From: Daphnia carinata
Lineage: Eukaryota
Assembly (NCBI RefSeq): GCF_022539665.2
Contig: NC_081334.1
Coordinates: 2,480,001 to 2,544,000 of the forward strand
Direction of reading: 5' to 3'
DNA: 64,000 bases
Under the pieces are notes generated by a model. The model saw nothing but the letters and a program-made list of their open reading frames with translations. It was not told the DNA's origin and did not search any database. The translations under genes and the position numbers were made by a program. This document shows, one piece after another, positions 1-15,300 of this stretch; positions within the stretch are counted from its first letter, which is position 1, and each line of letters starts with the position of its first letter.

Positions 1-872
1 ATAAATTAGAAACCAGAAAATTTATCAAGTTAGTAAATAGCAAACTAAAAGTAAAAATTAATATACATGGAAATAAAAAATTTTAGTTTTCTTTTAAATC
101 ACCAAAAAGACTATAACGCTACAGACATCTTGAGAAGGTACTACCGACACCAAACAGATAGGCTATAACTTAGAGAGGTTTAATGGACAAATGTGTTTTT
201 GATGCCTACGGGTTTCATTCCATGCTTACTAAAAAAGAGATACGGATGTTTTAAGCGGTTACTGAAATTGGTATAAAGCATATCGTTTTCTCGTCAGCCA
301 TGTAGATTGGTATAGCTTAACGATGTACTAGCTATATTAAACTGTTTTGTAAGTGCGTCCTAATGACCGTTCAGCATTCTCGTTGTCATACATCGTTATT
401 CTGCCTGTCTTGGCAAAAAGATTTACCACAATTTATTTCGAAATATATCCTACTAAACTGGTAACGAATTGACAAACAAAATTGTTCGGGCTAGTACTAG
501 TAAAAACCGTTAGGTGTCTCTACTTTTCTTGTAAAAAGTACACCTTTTGGCTCGGTTAACATAGCAGGCCTTGTTAGTATACAGTTAATGCGTTGTGTAA
601 GGTCAACTTGTTCCCCGAAATAAGTTGCCCGAATAACGCGTTAATTTGTGTAAATTATTGTCTAAATGTTACAACTGCTGTGACGCTAACTGCTGGGTGA
701 TTGTTATCTGGTACTGTTTATACTCCGGGCATTTCAAGGAAGGGTGTGGTGCAGTAGTGGAATCCCCGTTTTTGTTTTCTTCGTTATCCATTATCGAACG
801 AAAAGATATTGCTGTTCTATTCCATCCTTATCGACTCATAGACAGATCCGTCAAAACAATGGAAGATATGTA

Positions 873-2406
873 ATGGGGGTTTGTTTATGTCGGCAGCTCT
901 CATCCATTGAATTGACAAAAATGGCTGAAGCCCATAATCCAGTAGGCTGCAACTGTGCAACCAAACCTTCTTCATCTTCAGCAATTTGTGCTACTTGCCA
1001 TCCATCACTAAACCAAGTTTCGGAAAATACTGAGACATCTCCAAGTCAAGGAGCTGTCCCACGTGAAAGTGTACCAAGAAGAACTTTTCGTAATCTTTCT
1101 CTAGGATGCAGGAAATCCTCTAAATCTAAAGAAAAAACTGAAAAATCTAGCAAATCCAAGCTTTCATGGACTCTCAGTTGGAGACTGAAGTCTCCAACAT
1201 CTCTTAAAGTAGAAGCAACTGCACCACAGGAGCCCATGATTGATCTTGCAAGATTCAATCCATCTGATTATCCAGTTGAAGGTGTATAATTAGTCCATTG
1301 AAACATATACTTTTATCTGGATAGATGCTAAATTTCACCTTTCAATTAAAAATTCTAGATAAAGATGAAGTGGCCAGGATAGCAAGAGCAAGAGAAATAG
1401 CTGAAGGCATAGAAATGGAAATTGAATCTCTACCATCTTGCTACCGTCTACAGAGTGATGATACTGAAGAGAATGCTGTAGCAAAACCTCAAGCTGAAAT
1501 GCCACCAGCTGAGTCAACTGTTGTAGAACCCCAGTTGGAAAGCAGGGTCACAGTTGCTCCGCAGCCTAACCTGAGTGCTTCACTGATAGAAGGACTAACT
1601 GTATTGCTCCACAGATCCCTTGCGATTAGTATGGATTCTCAACGAGCATGGAATGTTTTGACGCACGGAGATTTACACTTCCTTGTTCAACACTTTCATT
1701 GGCATCAGCATCAACATGGACCTCAAGTAATTACTTAGTTCTTTTGATGTAAGGATTCAGCTTCTTACACTTATTTTTATTAAAGGGTATGTTTACACTA
1801 ACCCCGAGAAATGGAGATACTGCATCTTCAAACATCACTACCGTTGAACTAGAAGTTGATGCACAAGGCACCGAATTTCTGCGCCAAGCTCATACCCAAG
1901 TGGATTATTTGCATTGTTTAGTCCCTGATTTATTAGATATTACCAAGTGCTCTTTTTACTGGGGAAAAATGGATCGTTACGAAGCTGAGCGGTTACTTGA
2001 AAACCGACCAGACGGAACTTTCTTGTTGCGAGATTCCGCACAAGAAGAATATCTTTTCAGTGTCAGTTTTCGACGGTACAATCGATCGCTTCACGCGCGA
2101 ATAGAACAGTGGAATCACAGATTTAGTTTCGATTCCCATGACCCGGGAGTTTACAGCTCACCCACTATCCTGGGACTTATTGATCATTATAAAAATCCCG
2201 AATTGTGCATGTTTTTCGAACCGACACTGACCTTACCTCTTCACCGGAACTCCCCGTTCACGCTGCAACATCTCAGTCGAGCAGTAATCTGCAGCAATAT
2301 CACGTATGATGGAGTTAATGCACTAAATCTACCCAGAGCGCTTAAACTTTATTTGAAAGAATATCATTACAAGCAAAGGATCAGAGTTCGTCGTCTTGAT
2401 GGGTAA
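873..2406 (+). CDS. SOCS5: Suppressor of cytokine signaling, SOCS4/5 (Socs36E)-type; 3 exons about 873-1281, 1359-1726, 1786-2406
   Basis: [14 protein letters not shown] followed by an SH2 domain ([15 protein letters not shown]...FLLRDS...[14 protein letters not shown]) and a C-terminal SOCS box ([12 protein letters not shown]...[16 protein letters not shown]). GT-AG introns join the three ORF-track segments in frame. Confidence 0.9.
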
Positions 2407-3234
2407 AGCAAAAATTCAGTAATTCTCGCTCTTATCATCTAAGGTTCATGGCGATTTACTACATTGTCTTCCTTTTATTTTGGGCATCGTATTTCTGTTT
2501 TGTTTAAAACGCGGTTCTTGTTAAGATCGAAATTGATTTTAACCTATTACATGACTATCAGTATCTTTACGTATTGAAATGTATTAGATTTTTTTGTGTT
2601 TGATGAATCACTTTATATTTTGTGCAACATATTTACGCTAAAAGAACGTATTGGTGACTGTATGCATTTTGTACATAGGGATTGTTAAATGACTGTACAG
2701 ACAAAAATTGATCTTTCTGGTTTAGACGGTTTCGTATTTTATATTGCTTACATGTACTTAATCTTACTTTCTACATATTAATACAAAGCGGAAATTCCTT
2801 GAACAGTTACGTGGAACTAAATGTTTGGGAATCATTTCCCTGCTAGATTGGGCAAACTTCTGGTTGCCTTACGTCGCCCCATGGGAAGAAGAAACAAAAA
2901 AGTTAATTCGTTTTCAAATCGCTTTGACGTCGAAGGTGGATGGAACCATAGCGTGCTAATGTCAAAATGTTTTAGTTTTATGCTTTCAGACTATTGTTTC
3001 AACGTATGGTGAGAATAGTCATAGAAAATAAATAGCCAAAAAGATAAAGGAGAATAGCATAGCAATACACCTATAGAGAAGCCCACTACGTAACCTCTGA
3101 GCATACAACAATAGATTTGAGACACCTTACAACTGTAAATATCAATTTCGTAATTCATTTTTGTACCCGTATGGGAATACGCAGTAGCGGGAATAGAAAA
3201 TACGTTTATTTTGACTTATGGAAGAAGATTCATT

Positions 3235-4754
3235 TTAAACTGTTTTCGCTTGGCGCAAAGATTTTCCAGCACCTGAGAAAGCTTCGAAGGTAGAAGTTTC
3301 AGCAGATTCCTTTTTTTTGTCATCATCTTTCTTTGGGGCTCGAATAAACTTGAGGCTACCGAATTGGTAATCATAGTCAGGTACGCCTCGTTTATAACTA
3401 GCTTTAATAAGAGGGGGCTCATCTTCTTTGACTTTTCTTACTTTCCCGTCCAACCTGATAAAAAATTTGGAAAGTATTGAGCAATAGAGCGACGATTTCA
3501 ACTTCGAAAAGTTGTTCAATAGGAATCTAAACTTCGTATTAGCGGGAAAATGTCAATACTCTATCGAAACGTGATTTTGAAATTCCGACCTCTGCGACTC
3601 GAACTATCAATAAACTTTAGAGAAAATTTTACCTGATTCCTTGTCCAGCAAAGGCTACAAATCCTTGATCTTCGGGCTCGTAAGTTATTGGCTCAATGGT
3701 ATCCATGTGTTCTTCCTGATTTTCTTTCACAATTTTCTTAGGTTCAGAGTATCCCACAGGCGGAGCGAACTCTACATTCATATCACATTCGATAATTGAA
3801 ACAGCATTTCCTGGTTTCGTCTCGAGGACCCGTAGCTCATAAACTTTTTCATTGTAAGTGATAGCAACAACATCCCTGGTGTGTACAGTAAATTAAACTG
3901 GAGTAAGATGAAAAATAGATCATGACTTTTTTTCCATATTTACCCAGTAGTAAGACATGCAAAGTTTCTCAGTGCATTTTCCAACACAGCTTTAGGATTG
4001 CTTATATCCAGAAAATCCTCAGACTGAGGTTGAAACTTTGAGAATGTAGCAACAGGCAATGATGCACTTTCTATATTAAGTAAATCACCTTCATCCAAGA
4101 AAAGATTTTGCATCATCTAATATATAAATACAATAGATTTGTGGGAATTTTATGAACATTTAAGATGAACTTACCCAGTAAGGTAGGTATATTTTACCTT
4201 CGTCTGCAACAAATTCTAATACTCCACAATGAGTAATACGTCCCTCTCTAGGGTTTGTCAACTTAAACAACATTGGGTACACAATATTGAGCCTTGTCAA
4301 CTGATCAAGGGCAGAGGGTGGCATTATGACTAGATAAAAAATAAAGAATAAACCAGAAGATAATCAGGCAGATAAAAGAATATCTATTTACTTTTTCCTC
4401 CTTTTTCAACATCTAGACGCTCCTGACCAGGCAACATGGAGACTGAATAACACCTAAACAAACCATTCTAAGTTCATTTTTGCATCACTTCAAATATTTT
4501 GTATAAGATTTACCTGTATTGTGTATTAAATGGCCGAGGCATTTCCAGAAAACCAAACCCGAACTGGATGTAAATAGGAAATAGCAATCAGCCACTTAAT
4601 GATTGATATGAATATCATAACATAAAAACATTTTATGTGATTTTATTTTTATATACTATTCTATTCTTATCTACCATAGAGAGTTTCGAAATGAAGAATC
4701 TCACCAGTTACGAAAAATGACACTTTAAAAAAATTTTGAGTTCATGCTTACCAT
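3235..4754 (-). CDS. UFD1: Ubiquitin fusion degradation protein 1 (p97/Cdc48 cofactor), multi-exon
   Basis: Manual translation gives [83 protein letters not shown] and the C-terminal [12 protein letters not shown] (SHP box). Exon 1 contributes only ATG (4754-4752), followed by GTAAGC. Confidence 0.95.
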
Positions 4755-6222
4755 TTTGTATTCTTTAATAGTAAACTATTACAATATTATCCTCCCGTTC
4801 TTCACAAATTTTGTCAACAAAGAACTGCCTGAAAACATTAGCCTGTTTACCTAGGGACCGGCTATATCGTGTGCTTGGAATATGGAATGATCAAGAGCAG
4901 AAGATATCACATGGAAATCACTGTGGAAACTCTGAGCAAAGGTCCTCCTCTTCCTCTTTTCCAACGAGCATCCATTTCTAATGGACTTGGGGGAGAGATG
5001 GGCGCACCTCGAGAGTATTCGGTGGAAACTGTTCCCTCAAAATATTTTACAGGAAATCGATGTATGCCTATCTATATAAATGTATACTTTGTATTTGAGG
5101 TAGTGATTGTTGTTGGTATGATTTGAGGTGAGTTTGACTGATAAGAAAATAAGAAATTTGCAAAAAAAAAATCAATATTTTATTAGACACAGAAGAACAT
5201 TTCCATCGTTCATTAGAAACGCTTACCAGTTTTCTTCCATGATTTACGCAATGGTGGAATCCACAGTCTATGGTCAACAGACTTCTTTCATGTCCACTCT
5301 CATGATGTAACAATACGGGACTCGAGGAGATTTCAGCCCTTATCACGGTGTATTACAATATTTTATAACAAAGAACTGTGTGACAATTAGAGGAAGGATA
5401 TGTATACAAAATCTACGATTTTTGTAACGAAATTGAAATTTATCGCTCCACATAGCATGCCCTCATTACCACTACCAATTTGCAGTATCAGAATTTGTCA
5501 AACCACCTCAGTTTGCTGTTTAAAATTTTTTTGTCGAAATTATTCGTGAACACAATACTAACCACAGATTCGTTCGGAAATTCTAATATGAAATAATTTT
5601 CATTTTTATTTGTGATATTATTAGCAGAACTTCACACATTAACCCATTCGCACCCACTAACAATCGAAAATGATAACCTCCAGAGAGCGACAAAAACCAA
5701 GGACTCAAAATACACTTACCACTCATCCCGCAAGAAGGCGGAACAATGTTGTAGCATGGTCACAAGATTTCAATCAACTTAGTACAGCACAGCCTTAGAG
5801 AGGAACCCTAGTTAGCAAAGGCAAACAACTCCCTTTGGCAAAGAGTCCCTCTTCTAACTATCGCTCAGATCAGAAGATTACGTATATACAAAGAGTTCTC
5901 AGCCAGATGGAGGGGATGAGCAGACGGGGGGAAATGCCAAATCAAAAGTGCAGTAAGATACACGAACAGAAAACGAAAAAAAGAAGTAAATATAAGGTGG
6001 GAGTCAAGACAGAAATGGGTAAGCTAAACAAGAGTCATATGATCAACTCCGTGAGCGTCTTTTGTTCCTAGAATTGGTCACGGTTCCCACTGTTCGTAAA
6101 AACCGCTAGTGAACAGCGGCAACAACCGTGAAAACTCTTTCTCTCCTCGACTCCCATTTTTTAGCGTAGAAGTTAAACGCGAAAATGGCAAAAGTTAAGG
6201 GAAAACTCGCAGAATAAAGAAG

Positions 6223-9526
<3,304 letters not shown>

Positions 9527-10757
9527 TGCACCTAAGGAGAAGATGTATAGTATAAGATTACCATCAAATTGCTCATGTTTCAATTACAATGTCCTATTGA
9601 AGAAATGAAATGGCTAGTGTTGGAAGAAGCCTGTAGTATTGTTTACCTTTTACATTACTTGACTTGGTCATTTCTAATCAATTTAAGCAGAGAATACATG
9701 ATAAATATCAAATATTACTAGTAAACCAGATCTTTTCCCAAACAAAATGCAGAAATAAACAATGGATAAAATTCAGAAAAAAGAAATTCGCATAGAAACT
9801 CATGGCAAAGCATCAGGCTTTCACCGTAAGACTTAAATATAAGACCTAGTCACCGGTAAATTCAATAACATAAACTGGTAGTGGTAGTATCAGCACTTGA
9901 TATTGTTTACTGGAGGTAAATAGCTAAAACTTACGTGATTGAAATTTGTTAGCTGCAAGTTTTTCTACGCTGATTGCTCCAACTTGATGGTTTTTTTAGC
10001 TCCCTTAGTCAATTATTACTGAAAACTGAATGCCATGTTGCCAGACGGCGAATTCGACAAAGAAAAAAAAAAAGAAAAGGAAAGCAGTAGCAGTCGCCAG
10101 TCGCCCCTCGCATGTTTGGGCCTCTCTCCAAAATGTTGCATATTTTTCTTTTGTCTAAAATTTGCTTCGGATTCTTCGTCGTGGAACATGATTAAGAATA
10201 TCTACAGAAAGCTTAGGGAGTCTCTTTCTGATGTAAAGACACATACAAACGTCCATGTTAAACTTAACCAGCAGTCCAACATCACAACTCGAGTACTACG
10301 TAAAAGAATGTAAAGATGTCCAACAAGGTTGGGTGAAACTGAAATGAAAGATGAAAAGGAAACCGAAGAACAAGTACGGGTCCATGAAAAGATAAAAGAA
10401 ATCTCGTGTCATTTTATGAATGGTAAGTATAGTTTTTTTAAATTTTTTTCATCCCATGTGTAGCTAGCACATACTCTGCGAAGGGGAAGTGCGATTACGA
10501 CTGGCTTAATCGTTATAGTAGATAATTTTGTGATGAAGCCAAAAATCTCCCCTATCGAAGTTAAACGTCTGAAATCTCATGCTGCACGTGCTATTATCTT
10601 AAAATTGTATTACGCAAGTACTATGATGATGAAATAAGACACATTCTTTTTTAACTTGAAAGGAAAAATGTCTGTTTCGCGCGTGGCAGACAAAACAGGA
10701 CTGCATTTAAAGGGGGTAGTAAAATAATTATATTTAGGAATGTGATTAGACTATGCT

Positions 10758-11947
10758 TTACAATAAGTTTTTCGACTGTTCCAAGCACGAGATTTGCCTT
10801 AATAAGTTATCGATTAGTAGTGACTGTTTCCGAATACACTTTAGCATTATGGGAACTTTGTTGACGGGATGATCGTCAATTTTATGTTGCTTTAACAACA
10901 TGAGGTCCGTCTTCGAATGCTCTAGCTTTTCGGCCAATTTCTCCTTGTCGGCTGTGACAAGAATCAACTGCTTAGCAATTCTTTCGATTTCCTATTAGAA
11001 ATACAGTTAAAACTTTTATCTTCTATTATTTGAGAGGTTTCGCATTTGTTATCCATACCTTTTGTAAAGACTTTCGCGCCTGTTCTTCCGATTTCAACTT
11101 CTCCATCGCTAATGCCACTTCTTTCTTGTTAGCGTCATAGAGCAGCTGCTTCGAATGAAGGGCACTTTTCATCTTTTTTACATTCTCCTTAAGATAAATT
11201 AATTCCTGCCTTTGTAGTTCTCTCTCTTCTTCCTGCAGAGTGATTAAAATGTCGTTTTTAAAAGAAAGAGAAAAGACAATTCAACAAACTAACCGATTTC
11301 TTCTGTTGTAGTTTTGTTGATTCCAATTCATTTTGCAGATCGCGTAAACGCTGGTTTAAATCTACTATGATTTGATGCTTATTCACTGCAGGTTTGTCAC
11401 GAGTGGTTGCACGCGTCAATGCGACTGTTGCGTCTGATGAAGTGTTCTTGTTGCTTTCTTTAAACTGATCCAGGACCTCAGTTTTGGATTTTTCTGCGTA
11501 TTGGGACTACATCGTTGGAGACGGAAAATATGAAATTAACAGGTCTGTTGGAAGTTTTTCACTTCTCCAGCAAATAGCGATTATTTTCACCACTGGAATA
11601 TGTTACGTGTTTTACATGAACGTCAAAAGAAATCAATTCTTTTTGTTTATCTTTGATAAAGAATAATTACTACTTCAACTAATATAACTATTGTATGAAT
11701 AATTGGCGTGATTTACGTTTTCGGAGTTTTTGGAATTATTTAGTTTGTTCACCATGTCGAATACAGCAGTCGTTTGTTGTTCTATTTGGTGATCTATCAA
11801 AAAGCCAAAACATTATGCATACGAGTAAGAAAAATCTGCAGTTTACAATAATTATATTTTGTCGAGCGTACTAAGATCTTGATAATGTCGAATGCTTGCT
11901 TCGAAATCGAGGCAGTCTGCAAGTGGTTTGTTTCGTAATAAAGGCAT
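10758..11947 (-). CDS. TEX9-like coiled-coil protein, about 5-6 exons
   Basis: Spliced reading MPLLRNKP...YQDLNHQIEQQTTAV / SQYAEKSK...LNQRLRDLQNELE / EEERELQRQEL...KSEEQARKSLQK / ...CIRKQSLLIDNLLRQISCLEQSKNLL*. The C-terminus resembles the TEX9 motif FKKQLKLIDVLKRQ as I recall it. The internal exon structure is uncertain. Confidence 0.6.
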
Positions 11948-12323
11948 TTTACGTTTTTTTGTCTTGTATCTGTAAAACGCGGTGACTAATTTGGGTGGAT
12001 AAATGTAACGTAAATAGTATTAAAACTTGTAAAAAAGTGGAAAAAGTGCACTGAAAATTCATATAAGACGTTTGTAACAAGAAAACCTTAAATTCAGTCT
12101 AAACAACTCGTTGCCGCGGCAACCTCTTACTTTAGAAACCAGCTGATCGCTGTAGTATTAAAATACTAAACTAAATTTGTCCTAGTTTGTGTGAGGCGTT
12201 GAGTTGACGAGTTCTCTTCGTTCCTAAAGATTAGGGTGGACGTTTTAAAAAAATAAAACCCAACAGAATTCCATGTAACTCATTTGCAGTCGTCTTCAAA
12301 TCTTAAAATTCATTCTAAGTGGA
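11948..12323. promoter_or_regulatory. Probable bidirectional promoter between the TEX9-like gene and PIP5K
   Basis: The divergent predicted start codons are separated by only 376 bp. Confidence 0.55.
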
Positions 12324-15300
12324 ATGAGCACAAGTTCGTCCGTCGTACAACTCGGTGCCGTTTCGTCCATGTCAGGCCCACATTCAATCTTGGAGATTGG
12401 CGAAAGAAACGAACAAACACCTTCGTCTTCAGAAAATGATACAACAGTTCACCAAGATGGTCCATCTCATACAGAGAGTAACCATAAAGAAGCAGCTAGA
12501 AGTTTAACTCCTATGAATCAGCATGATCCATCTTCCGATCCAAACGACTGCATTCCTCAACATGATGATGAGCTCAGTTCCTCTGAGGATGTTGCTACAG
12601 GTTCTAGTAAAAAAGAAAAGAGACCACCCCCGCTTGAGGTATGTTAAGCTTTTATGTTGATATATACAAAATAATTTCACATGTTTGCAAACCATTGTGC
12701 TTGTGCAATACAGCAAAAGAAACCCAAAGTTTTGCAATAGTAGTACATCTTGTGTTGTGTAATAGATTCTTAAAGCCCTTTTTTAAGGTTAATTTATTGT
12801 TTTAAATGCTCCTAGATGGCTCAAGATCCTTCTCTTGCAACGGGAGAGGGCCCAAAAACTCCTTTATCTCCACGAGCTAGATCTGCTGGTACATTAAAAA
12901 CAGATAGAGAAAAGAAACTTGGTCATCGGAGAGTAGGAGAGGGAGGTGAAGTGACATATAAAAAAGTGAGCAAGTTGTAGTATTTGGCTAGATGGCATAT
13001 CTATTATATTCTACCAAATTGATATACAGATTCACACTTCTCAAATTATGGGTTCAATTCAACTGGGTATCAGTCATGCTGTTGGAGGACTGGCATCAAA
13101 ACCTGAAAGAGACCTCTTGATGCAAGATTTCATGACTATTGAAACAACAAATTTTTATTCACAAGGATCACAGCTAACACCTGCACATCATTACTCAGAT
13201 TTTCGTTTCAAATCATTTGCGCCTATCGCCTTCCGATATTTTCGAGATCTCTTCGGCATTCAGCCCGACGACTTCTTGGTGTGTTACACGAAAAGAATTA
13301 TTTTTTTAACGATTTTCTTATTGTAGTAGCCGTACCATACTAATTAAGCTTATGTTTACAGTTATCGCTTTGCAACGAACCGCTAAGAGAATTGACTAAT
13401 CCGGGAGCAAGCGGATCTATTTTCTACCTATCGGCAGACGACGAATTCATTATAAAAACTGTACAACACAAAGAGGGAGAATTTCTTATGAAGTTGCTCC
13501 TTGGTTATTATATGGTACGAAATACTTCAACCTTAGCACGTACATGTCTAACTAATCATTATTTTGATTTCCTTAGAACCTTAATCAGAATCCTCGAACG
13601 CTATTGCCTAAATTTTTCGGATTGTATTGTTACATATGCAACTCGAAGAACGTACGGATGGTGGTTATGAACAATTTGCTACCATCTTCGATAAAACTTC
13701 ACGAGAAATACGATCTCAAGGGTTCTACATATAAAAGAAAAGTACGTTAGCTTAGTGTGTGGGGGGCATTTCATATGTTTAATTTATACAATTCTATTTT
13801 CCATTTATGAAAGGCTTCAAAATCAGAGCGGAGTAAAACAGTGCCCACTTTCAAGGACCTGGATTTCCTAGAACTTCATCCAGATGGAATCATGTTGGAA
13901 GCGGATACGTATAATGCTTTGATTAAGACGATTCAACGAGATTGTCGTGTTTTGGAAAGCTTTAAGATTATGGACTACAGCCTTTTAGTTGCAATTCACA
14001 ATCTGGATTTGGCAGCTAAAGAAGAAGCCGAGCGTCGTAGGAATAATTCTATTGGCGATGAAGATAGTGGAGAAGAGAATGGAGCTGTGGCAGGAACATC
14101 GTCTGGGGCAACAGGAACTACTCAACCCCCACCTTTAGTTCGTAGCCGCTCCATCAACCGTCAGAAATTGGTGGCTCATTCCACTGCTTTAGAAAGTATC
14201 CAGGCGGAAAGTGAACCCATTGACGAGGAAGACGATGTTCCGTAAGCTAATTTTGAAAACATCTTCACACATGATATCTGTTTATATATGATCATATCTT
14301 TCTGATTACCCTTCAACAGACCCGGTGGCATCCCAGCTCGTAACGCTAAGGGCGAAAGACTTTTGGTCTTTCTAGGTATTATCGACATTTTACAGAGCTA
14401 TCGGTTAAAGAAAAAACTTGAACACACACTCAAGGCCATGATTCATGATGGGGTATGTTTGTTTTCATTTGAATTTGCTCAAGTTTCTTTCTATTGAGTA
14501 TTATCATCATTTTTTTTAATCGAGCCCTAATGTTGTTACACTATTCTGTTTAGGATACGGTGTCGGTCCATCGTCCTGGTTTTTATTCGCAGCGATTCCA
14601 AAACTTCATGGCTAAGCAGGTCTTCAGAAAGGTGCCATCACGTAAGTCAAAATTGCTATTTTTTTTTCACTATGGCATTTGAGCTTCGTTCAAAGATTTC
14701 TTATCATGAGTTTGGTTGTCGGGATCTTCTACCTATCTTTCACTCTGATGTACACGGTATTTAACCTCAAAGAAAAGCAGTGCTTCAAGCTGTTTTCTTT
14801 TTCTTTCTTTCATTTTTTGAGGAAAAGTTGGTACAACGTAAACAAACAGCTTTTCCTTTCATAGAAATATTTCTATACGACTTACCTCTGCCGTTCTCGA
14901 TTTGTCCTTCTGTCTCTCTCTCTCTTTTCTTTTCCCCTGGATTCTATTCGAGTTCCCTTTGATGGGTTTTGGAAACTTAACTGTCGTTATCCTCCTCCTT
15001 GCCTAACTGTGTGGCATTTCCGTCTGCTCTTTATGTTTGTTGTTTTTTTCACGGCCTTTCTGACCTTTATGTCTTTCTTACTCTCTTTTCTCGTTTTCTG
15101 CCCTTCTAACTTATTGCTCGAAAAATACCGAATCAATTTACAAAAATCGGCTTGCAGTGGATTTGCCCGAGTTTAAAGGCAAACACCGTAAATTCCGCAA
15201 CTTGGTATCCAGCTACTTAGGTAAATGCTCCGTTTAGAACAATTCCAGCGTTCTCAAGTTTTTTCATTCGTCTATTCCGCACTTCTTTTTATTTTCAAAA

